From Schizochytrium sp. TIO01 (Eukaryota; Protista; Bigyra: Labyrinthulomycetes), in contig SMSO01000031.1 in the NCBI GenBank assembly GCA_004764695.1, forward strand, positions 9,712,037-9,776,036: a stretch of 64,000 nucleotides of DNA, read 5' to 3'. Both the position numbers and the translations under genes were made by a program. Every line of letters starts with the position of its first letter. The stretch's first letter is position 1. The notes under the pieces are model-generated. The model saw only the letters and a program-made list of their open reading frames with translations. It did no database searches and was not told the DNA's origin. Shown piece by piece: positions 44,498 through 59,993 of this stretch.

Positions 44498-47400
44498 TTA
44501 ATCCAACCTAAAATTTGCGCCAACAATATCTGGTGTTAGCAAAGGTGACAATAAGTCTTTCAGAACGAGTCGAAGGTTTCCGTCCTGAATATTTGCATTC
44601 CAGTACTCACGCAAACGTTCTGCGCGGAGCAACTGCCATGCCTCACGAATCTGCTCCAATGAATCAGCAGAATATCCAACACGGGTAAGTTTTCTTGGGC
44701 AGTTACTCACGTGAGCATGGCAAACAAAGCTATTCTTAGAGCTAAATTCAAGACACCAAGCGCAAAAAAAATGCCCACATGTACTATAATGACATTTCAC
44801 AGCACACCATGCATCGAATTTGTAGAACCACAGATGGCAGTTCGGACAACATATGCTCAAGATCTTCTCTTGAATATGCAGTAAATGCCGCTGTGCGTCA
44901 CTGTTCTGTTCATCTGGACGTGGAACTTCTGCAATGCGCCTTTGGATCTCTTCTTCCGCCCAAACTGCTGCTTCATTTTCTACCTTCATCTTCGCGATCA
45001 ACAAAAGATGATTCAAAGCGGTTGGCGCAAGACGGATGATCTCCTGACCTGATATTCTTCCACTACATTCAGGTTTCATGCATGCGATTGTCCCATCAGC
45101 ATCCACTCTTGCAGTAGCTAGTGGTTGTGCTGCCTCTTCTACTGCAGATTCGATACAGTCTCTGCAAAGGAAGTCTCCCTCCTCGCAGCTCGTGCCCTCG
45201 GAAAGCAGATGCTCCTCCATGCATACTAGACATATCTTGACAGGGACCTTAGGAGCTCCAAAAGCTTCATGTTGGAGTGCTTGGCGAGCGGTTGGACGCT
45301 GACCAGGGTCTGTTGCTGTAAGCGCTTCGATAAGCGCCTGCATTGCAACGGACCGCTCAGTAGGATACAGCTCCATTAAGCTGATACCCACAGAGTACAT
45401 GTCTATCGATGTTTCAAACTTATCTACATGCCCATTCTGCAACTCAGGGGCAATGTACCGTGGCGTTGCTTGAAGTGATGTGTACGTAGCAGTGTAGTCC
45501 GCGACCTTGATGCCGTCAAAATCGCCGATCAATGGTGTCCCGTTGCTTGTGAGAAAAATGTTTTCTGGTTTGATGTCACAATGCACAATGCCGTGGGTAT
45601 GTAAATCCGCCACACCAATAAGCAGGCCCACAGCAAGTCGGTCACGCGCTGCTTTGCCTTCGTTAGGATGACTATCAATCCACCTGGCCAGATCACCTTG
45701 TTCGTAGAAAGGCATGACGATACAGCCACGCGGTACTCCATTGGTCATGTCCACAAAAGCACCAGTGATACGGATCACGTGCTGTGACACCACTTTGCCC
45801 AGATTAGCGACTTGTCTGTAGAAGGTTTTGGATTGACTTAGATGCCCAAGCTGAAACTGTTTGAGAACCAGAGTTCTGCCATCTCCATCAAGAACCTTCT
45901 GGACAGTCTTACCTCCTCTGGACGCTAGGAGATCATCGACAGGCTTGAAGTCCGAAACTGCCACATTCGTCAGCCACAGGTCAGAACATGCTACTTCAAA
46001 AAGACCCTCTGCACTTACGTGAAGCCTTTCCAGCCAGGCTCTATTTTGCAGCAACTCTGGAAAATGTTCCTGCGCGTGTTGTAGAGTCTCAGCAAGCTTA
46101 TGACGAAAAGCTTTGCTAAGGTCGATCGGGTTGCCTTGGGAGAGAACAAGCTCTTGTTTCTTTATTCTATTTCTATAGTGCTCTTGTTCTTCCTCATCCA
46201 AGTCCTCTGCCTCGAGTTCTTCTTTGGCTCTCTTTAGACTTTCTGTTGCTTTCCTCGACTTGTCAAGTTTCTGGTATAACTCCTCAACATCGGAGGTACT
46301 TGGTTTTTCGAAACCCAGTACTGCATAGTCATACAGTTCAGAGACCTCTTTTGATGTGCACTTGCTCCCTTCATTCAACACAGTGTTTTCAGCGTATAAT
46401 TCGAAACGAGCGAGTGTTGAACTTATTGCGCAAAGTATTTCGGACAATTGTGCACTAAGAGTATCTTCTTGTAGAGCATCGCTCTCTTCTTGAAGAGCGC
46501 GCTCAAGTTCAGACAACTCGGGTTCTAGCTCCATGGCCTGCTCAGGTGTCCTAAGAGCAACCCATAATCCATCACCGAGTTCTAGCTCAGACAATCGAGA
46601 GACAACGCGTTTTACAGCTTGCTGGCTTCGTTCGCCAATGTTGGTCGGTCGACCTTCTCCACACCTCTTGTACCCTTCCACGCATTGGACAGCCTGAACA
46701 ACGAGTTCTTGGCAATGTTTGAAGTCATCTGTGCTGGTCTCTTCAGTGACTGGTGCAAGATTGATCTTTAAATCTCGTACCAAACTTTCAACTCCCACTT
46801 TGAACTCTCGCACTGCACTCTCATCACTTTCGCAAAGGTTTGCGTGAACCCATGGGTACACGACCTGCAAAAGTGAATGCATGCGACTTCGTTCGGCGTT
46901 TCGCTTTTCGATGAGGCTAGGCAAGCCATCTGCAGAGCTTGCACGAATCTGGTCTTGTAGCGCGTCAATACCCTCTTTGGAGTTCTTGATGTCAGCGGAA
47001 ACCTGTCGCAACTTCACTTGGCCAAAGTAGCCCTGAATCGCCGGTCGAACGAATTCCTCAAGCAAGGCAATCCCAGTCTGCAGGGAGTTTCCTCTGACCC
47101 CGCCTCGGTCCGCGCGCAAGTCCGAGACTTTCTTAGCAAGCTGCACCACATCAGCAAAACTCACTCTGAGGTGGACAAGAAGACGTAAACAAACGAGCAA
47201 AGTGAAGACATTTGAAGCAACAGAGGCAGAAGCAAAAGTTAGGATCTCCAAATATCTCAACAACACAATTTGTGGAATGAATGATCACACGATCCCTAAC
47301 AAAAAACGCATGAACTTACCCAGATATGTTCTCTCCAGGAGAACACACCCTTTCGAACAATTCTTTAGGGGTTCCAGAAAAATTGTCATAGCTGCATTTT

Positions 47401-50400
47401 GTAAATGAATGTGAATACACGAATAAAAGAGAATAAGAGCGCTTGTTAGAAAAACGATGAACGCATCTAAAGACGGCCGCTCGCAAGTTCATATGGAGAC
47501 ATGGAGAGAACCAGCGAGGGCAAGGCTCTGCGCAAGCTGGGAATAGCAGCAGAGGGGACGGAACTTACTAGATTCTAACAGAAGGACATGCTTTGTGCAG
47601 AGACTTTGCGACGGCCTTTGCGCCCTCCGAGCCAATGTTGTTCTTATTAAGACTGTGAGTAGTATAAATGAATAAGTTTGTTTTGTTCATTCGTTGTCAG
47701 GAAAGACAGGTCCAGTCAGTTGATCCTGTTTTGTTTTGTTTTTCCTCACAATAAAAAGCAATCACCTCTTCTTCTGCTGCTGCTGCTGCTGCTGCCTATC
47801 AAATTATATAGATTTCCTTCTTCTCTTTGTAAAAAAGAAAAGACTTCTTTGCCTTTCTTTGCGTACCCAACTACGTAAACTACTTAGGTAGTGTACCAGC
47901 AGTACTACAAACACCAAGCACTGAAAAGAAAGAAAGAAAAAGCTTGGTCCTGACTATTACGATAGCTTTCCCTCGTGGATGATTCCACAAACGTACTTTA
48001 AAATTTGAAGGTTCTTGCATCCCTCGAGTGCCTTTGCGACGGCCTTTGCGCCCTCACCGCCAATGTTGTTGTTGTCAAGACTGTAAGTATAAATGAATAA
48101 GTTTGTTTTGTTCATTCGTTGTCAGGACAGACAGGTCCAGTCAGTTGATCCTGTTTTGTTTTGTTTTTCCTCACAATAAATAGCAATCAGCTCTTCTTCT
48201 TCTGCTGCTGCTGCGTATCAAATTATATAGATTTCCTTCTTCTCTTTGTAAAAAAGAAAAGACTTCATTGCCTTTCTTTGCGTACCCAACTACGTAAACT
48301 ACTTAGGTAGTGTACCAGCAGTACTACAAACACCAAGCACTCAAAAGAAAGAAAGAAAAAGCTTGGTCCTGACTATTACGATAGCTTTCCCTCGTGGATG
48401 ATTCCACAAACGTACGCTAATTCTTGAAGGTTCTTGCATCCCTCGAGTGCCTTTGCGACGGCCTTTGCGCCCTCATCGCCAATGTTGTTATACTGAAGTC
48501 TGTGAGTATAAATGAATAAGTTTGTTTTGTTCATTCGTTGTCAGGTAAGACAGGTCCAGTCAGTTGATCCTGTTTTGTTTTGTTTTTCCTCACAATAAAG
48601 CAATCAGCTCTTCTTCTTCTGCTGCTGCTGCTGCCTATCAAATTATATAGATTTCCTTCTTCTCTTTGTAAAAAAGAAAAGACTTCTTTGCCTTTCTTTG
48701 CGTACCCAACTACGTAAACTACTTAGGTAGTGTACCAGCAGTACTACAAACACCAAGCACTCAAAAGAAAGAAAGAAAAAGCTTGGTCCTGACTATTACG
48801 ATAGCTTTCCCTCGTGGATGATTCCACAAACGTACTCTAAAATTTGAAGGTTCTTGCATCCCTCGAGTGCCTTTGCGACGGCCTTTGCGCCCTCACCGCC
48901 AATCTTGTTGTTAAAAAGACTGTGAGTATAAATGAATAAGTTTGTTTTGTTCATTCGTTGTCAGGACAGACAGGTCCAGTCAGTTGATCCTGTTTTGTTT
49001 TGTTTTTCCTCACAATAAAAAGCAATCAGCTCTTCTTCTTCTTCTGCTGCTGCTGCGTATCAAATTATATAGATTTCCTTCTTCTCTTTGTAAAAAAGAA
49101 AAGACTTCATTGCCTTTCTTTGCGTACCCAACTACGTAAACTACTTAGGTAGTGTACCAGCAGTACTACAAACACCAAGCACTAAAAAGAAAGAAAGAAA
49201 AAGCTTGGTCCTGACTATTACGATAGCTTTCCCTCGTGGATGATTCCACAAACGTACTTCAGATAAGTCAGGTTATTGCATCCCTCGAGTGCCTTTGCGA
49301 CGGCCTTTGCGCCCTCTGAGCCAATGTTGTTGCACCCCCAACCCCCCCCACCAAGACTGTGAGTATAAATGTATAAGTTTGTTTTGTTGATTCGTTGTCA
49401 GGAAACACAGGTCCAGTCAGTTGATCCTGTTTTCTTTTGTTTTTCCTCACAATAAAAAGCAGCCAGCTCTTCTGCTTCTGCTGCTGCTGCTGCTGCTGCT
49501 GCCTATCAAATTATATAGATTTCCTTCTTCTCTTTGTAAAAAAGAAAAGACTTCTTTGCCTTTCTTTGCGTACCCAACTACGTAAACTACTTAGGTAGTG
49601 TCTACAAACACCAAGCACTAAAAAGAAAGAAAGAAAAGCTTGGTCCTGACTATTACGATAGCTTTCCCTCGTGGATGATTCCACAAACGTACTTTAGATG
49701 AGTCAGGTTCTTGCATCCCTGGAGTGCCTTTGCGACGGCCTTTGCGCCCTCACCGCCAATGTTGTTGCACCCCACAAAGAACGGATACCTCCGAGACATC
49801 CCACCAAGACTGTGATTATAAATGAATAAGTTTGTTTTGTTCATTCGTTGTCAGGAAAGACAGGTCCAGTCAGTTGATCCTGTTTTGTTTTGTTTTTCCT
49901 CACAATAAAAAGCAATCAGCTCTTCTTCTTCTTCTTCTTCTGCTGCTGCTGCCTATCAAATTATATAGATTTCCTTCTTCTCTTTGTAAAAAAGAAAAGA
50001 CTTCTTTGCCTTTCTTTGCGTACCCAACTACGTAAACTACTTAGGTAGTGTACCAGAAGTACTACAAACACCAAGCACTCAAAAGAAAGAAAGAAAAAGC
50101 TTGGTCCTGACTATTACGATAGCTTTCCCTCGTGGATGATTCCACAAACGTACTCTAAAGTTTGAAGGTTCTTGCATCCCTCGAGTGCCTTTGCGACGGC
50201 CTTTGCGCCCTCATCGCCAATCTTGTTCCCCAGAAGACTGTGAGTATAAATGAATAAGTTTGTTTTGTGTTCATTCGTTGTCAGGAAAGACAGGTCCAGT
50301 CAGTTGATCCTGTTTTGTTTTGTTTTTCCTCACAATAAAAAGCAATCACCTCTTCTTCTTCTTCTGCTGCTGCTGTTGCCTATCAAATTATATAGATTTC

Positions 50401-52984
50401 CATCTTCTCTTTGTAAAAAAGAAAATACTTCTTTGCCTTTCTTTGCGTACCCAACTACGTAAACTACTTAGGTAGTGTCTACAAACACCAAGCACTAAAA
50501 AGAAAGAAAGAAAAGCTTGGTCCTGACTATTACGATAGCTTTCCCTCGTGGATGATTCCACAAACGTACTCTAAAGTTTGAAGGTTCTTGCATCCCTCGA
50601 GTGCCTTTGCGACGGCCTTTGCGCCCTCCGAGCCAATGTTGTTGCACTCAAGACTGTGAGTATAAATGAATAAGTTTGTTTTTTCATTCGTTGTCAGGAA
50701 AGGCAGGTCCAGTCAGTTGATCCTGTTTTGTTTTGTTTTTCCTCACAATAAAAAGCAATCACCTCTTCTTCTGCTGCTGCTGCTGCCTATCAAATTATAT
50801 AGATTTCCTTCTTCTCTTTGTAAAAAAGAAAAGACTTCTTTGCCTTTCTTTGCGTACCCAACTACGTAAACTACTTAGGTAGTGTACCAGAAGTACTACA
50901 AACACCAAGCACTGAAAAGAAAGAAAGAAAAAGCTTGGTCCTGACTATTACGATAGCTTTCTCTCGTGGATGATTCCACAAACGTACCCAAGATGAGTCA
51001 GGTTCTTGCATCCCTCGAGTGCCTTTGCGACGGCCTTTGCGCCCTCCGAGCCAATGTTGTTCCAACCAAGACTGTAAGTATAAATGAATAAGTTTGTTTT
51101 GTTCATTCGTTGTCAGGAAAGACAGGTCCAGTCAGTTGATCCTGTTTTGTTTTGTTTTTCCTCACAATAAAAAGCAATCAGCTCTTCTTCTTCTTCTGCT
51201 GCTGCTGCCTATCAAATTATATAGATTTCCTTCTTCTCTTTGTAAAAAAGAAAAGACTTCTTTGCCTTTCTTTGCGTACCCAACTACGTAAACTACTTAG
51301 GTAGTGTACCAGAAGTACTACAAACACCAAGCACTCAAAAGAAAGAAAGAAAAAGCTTGGTCCTGACTATTACGATAGCTTTCCCTCGTGGATGATTCCA
51401 CAAACGTACTCTAAAGTTTGAAGGTTCTTGCATCCCTCGAGTGCCTTTGCGACGGCCTTTGCGCCCTCATCGCCAATCTTGTTCCCCAGAAGACTGTGAG
51501 TATAAATGAATAAGTTTGTTTTGTGTTCATTCGTTGTCAGGAAAGACAGGTCCAGTCAGTTGATCCTGTTTTGTTTTGTTTTTCCTCACAATAAAAAGCA
51601 ATCACCTCTTCTTCTTCTGCTGCTGCTGCTGCTGCCTATCAAATTATATAGATTTCCTTCTTCTCTTTGTAAAAAAGAAAATACTTCTTTGCCTTTCTTT
51701 GCGTACCCAACTACGTAAACTACGTAGGTAGTGTACCAGCAGTACTACAAACACCAAGCACTAGAAAGAAAGAAAGAAAAAGCTTGGTCCTGACTATTAC
51801 GATAGCTTTCCCTCGTGGATGATTCCACAAACGTACTACAATTTTTGAAGGTTCTTGCATCCCTCGAGTGCCTTTGCGACGGCCTTTGCGCCCTCCGAGC
51901 CAATGTTGTTCCTTTGAAGACTGTGAGTATAAATGAATAAGTTTGTTTTGTTCATTCGTTGTCAGGAAAGACAGGTCCAGTCAGTTGATCTTGTTTTGTT
52001 TTGTTTTTCCTCACAATAAAAAGCTTCTGTTGCTGCTGCTGCCTATCAAATTATATAGATTTCCTTCTTCTCTTTGTAAAAAAGAAAAGACTTCTTTGCC
52101 TTTCTTTGCGTACCCAACTACGTAAACTACTTAGGTAGTGTACCAGAAGTACTACAAACACCAAGCACTCAAAAGAAAGAAAGAAAAAGCTTGGTCCTGA
52201 CTATTACGATAGCTTTCCCTCGTGGATGATTCCACAAACGTACTTTAAAATTTGAAGGTTCTTGCATCCCTCGAGTGCCTTTGCGACGGCCTTTGCGCCC
52301 TCATCGCCAATGTTGTTGTTACGAAGACTGTGAGTATAAATGAATAAGTTTGTTTTGTGTTCATTCGTTGTCAGGAAAGACAGGTCCAGTCAGTTGATCC
52401 TGTTTTGTTTTGTTTTTCCTCACAATAAAAAGCAATCAGCTCTTCTTCTTCTTCTGCTGCTGCTGCTGCCTATCGAATTCTATAGATTTCCTTCTTCTCT
52501 TTGTAAAAAACAAAAGACTTCTTTGCCTTTCTTTGCGTACCCAACTACGTAAACTACTTAGGTAGTGTACCAGCAGTACTACAAACACCAAGCACTAAAA
52601 AGAAAGAAAGAAAAAGCTTGGTCCTGACTATTACGATAGTTTTCCCTCGTGGATGATTCCACAAACGTACTGCAGATAAGTCAGGTTCTTGCATCCCTCG
52701 AGTGCCTTTGCGACGGCCTTTGCGCCCTCATCGCCAATTATTTTCCAACCAAGACTGTGTTTGTTTGTTTGTTTGTGAACAAGTGAGAGTAAGTATATGC
52801 CATTTCCAACTTCTTCATTAGTGCCACTACTAGTTCAAAACTATTCTTCTTCTACAAAGCTGACTACTACAACACATCGACGACGCGGTGCCTCCTTCAT
52901 CTTTCATCTCCTCTCTCCATCGTGAACTTACTCTATCTCCGTCGTATCTTGTGTGATGTCCTTAATGCTCTTTGCCACAGTCAT
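44498..52984 (-). CDS. Variable-LRR gene B: N-cap + 13 LRR exons + helical/coiled-coil region + Ser/Thr kinase + RING1/Rcat (RBR-like) zinc fingers; ~1310 aa, 16 exons
   Basis: Exon 1 is 52984-52932 (MTVAKSIKDITQDTTEI). LRR exons: 52754-52671, 52327-52244, 51920-51837, 51493-51410, 51071-50988, 50653-50570, 50237-50154, 49809-49693, 49356-49258, 48919-48836, 48499-48416, 48080-47997, 47652-47569. They are bounded by CAG and GTACGT (last one GTAAGT), consensus xLxxNxIGxEGAKAVAKALEGCKNLxxL. Linker exon 47391-47320. Terminal exon 47165-44498 is in frame with the 922-aa ORF (VLK, HCDIKPEN, DFDG, APE; CLVC..C..CRDC..CMKPEC; CPNC..C..CGHFFCAWC). Confidence 0.88.
47570..52760 (-). repeat. Tandem array of ~420-bp units x13 (intron + LRR exon), with a length-variable (CTT)n(CTG)n tract in each intron
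   Basis: Read directly. The intron sequence is unrelated to that of the 385-bp family. Confidence 0.97.
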
Positions 52985-53080
52985 CGTGTTGCAGCAGTGA
53001 GTGTCACCTTTGATGGATGGATTGATCAATCGCGTTGGTTGTCTTTGCTTTGTCTCAGTCTTCGCTTTGCGTTGGCACTC

Positions 53081-53083
<3 letters not shown>

Positions 53084-53117
<34 letters not shown>
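53084..53117. repeat. (GA)n microsatellite about 100 bp upstream of the gene B start codon
   Basis: About 17 GA units, read directly. Confidence 0.9.
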
Positions 53118-53120
<3 letters not shown>

Positions 53121-54237
53121 TTTGAGTCTTCGCTCGCGCTGCTGATCAGGAACGGAGACTTCTGCTCTCTCTTCTTCTTCTCCTACTTCTTCTTCTTCAC
53201 AGCAAGGAAGGAGGATCGGGCGGACTCCTCGCGATGCCTCGCAAGTGCTTCTGCAGACCAAGCCTCGCCCACGAGTAACGAACGCGTGGAGGGGTGTGGC
53301 GCGCGAGAGGTCGCGGGGGCGTGGATATCGTGCGTGCGCGCTGCCTCGTGTTGCGGGTTTGCGAGGATGGCTGGCTTTGGCGAGAGTAGTAGGTTGCTGG
53401 GTGTGATAGTTGGTTGTATACGTAGGTTAAGCGCTGTTAGTGTTTTCGAAGGTCCGTTGAGTCAATTTTTTCCTGAGAGCGCAAGGTGTGAAAATGGATT
53501 CTGCTCTTGAAGAAAGACGAGGAGGCGTTGTGCTTCTACCAAGTCACACACAATGCAGAACGTGGTAGGAAGGTCCCTATCCATTTGTGATCGTGTATGG
53601 GTGCTATTGTTTTGGTTTGATAATATATAGCATTGAGTAGGGTTTTGTTGAGCAAAAGGAGGTCGAGTTTCGATTGTCATGGCGTTTTGTGTAACGAGTA
53701 GTAGGCAAGAAGAGGTCCTTGTATCGGGGTCAATTTGACAGAAGAGCCAAAAACTTGTAGTCTTTTCGTTGTTTTTGGTGAGGTCTTGAAGCGACGAAAA
53801 CTCGTAACTGTGTCATACAAGAAATAAATTGCTTGTCGGGAGTAGGTTTTTGTCTATCAGTTAGTAATAGGTTTGTGATGCGATCTATGATAGATTATCT
53901 TGAGATCGGGAAAGCTTGGGAGAGAATGGAGAGCAAGTCGGATTTCAAAGATGTGTTGAGTTGCTTTACGGCTTCAACATGAAGAAAGCAGAGAGGCGCT
54001 TTCAAAGATCGGAGCTACTGGTGGCTGCAACCAAAGGTGTGCCAGAAAGAAGGGAAGGAAAGTTTCAAAAAGAGGAGAATCTTTGCCCGAGAGTAGAGAT
54101 GCCTAGTTGCCTTTCTTACAGTGCTTGTAATCCTCTTCGGGCAGGTTTATTTTCATGAAATTAATCTTTAATAATATTGTGATATCAGCCGTCGAGTTGC
54201 TTTCTTTTAGTGATAGGGTAAAAAATAAAAGGAAAAA

Positions 54238-54355
54238 ACATTCAACACCGGGGCTTCGCATGCAGTCCCCTATCATACTACTGACCCGGCCCTACGCGAC
54301 TTTACTTCTCAGTGCGAATGAGATGAGGTGTTACCCGCGTGGTATGATCGAATGT
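54238..54355 (-). rRNA. 5S rRNA (copy 2)
   Basis: Same sequence as 18032-18149, with an oligo-T terminator. Confidence 0.93.
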
Positions 54356-54804
54356 GATTAGGAGGTGGTGCATGATGCATTTATACTCACTTACTTACTT
54401 TTTTGATGACTTAGGTGCAAGATAGATAGTATTAGGAGAGAGTGGTAGTGGAACCTGTACAGGAAGCATCCCTGCAAAAGATATTCTAGGAGTAGGCTTT
54501 AGGAAATAGGAATAGTCTTGAAAGAGCGAGAAAGAAAGGAGGTCAGCACATGCAGAACCCGAGGCTGAGTAGGCAAGGTTAGGTTCGTAATAGTAAAATA
54601 TCCTTTCACTTCGGGAGCACTAAAAAGCATCTCCTTCTTAGAGGAAACCATAGTAACTCAGTAAGTGCACAACTCTGTCATCGACTTGCAGCTACGTCCA
54701 GCAGGTTCGAAACCTTCTGCAACGACTGGGACTGTGCCACGAGCTTAGCTGAAAAGGCACACGCACACGCTCACTGGTTAAGGTATAGATCGTTACTTGC
54801 TGCG

Positions 54805-59993
<5,189 letters not shown>

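Noticed and set aside
47166-47266. Annotated start of the 922-aa ORF (MLLRYLEIL...), which looks like a hydrophobic signal or TM segment
   Set aside because: It has a non-ATG start and lies in the pyrimidine-rich 3' end of the intron (47319-47166) before the CTCAG acceptor.
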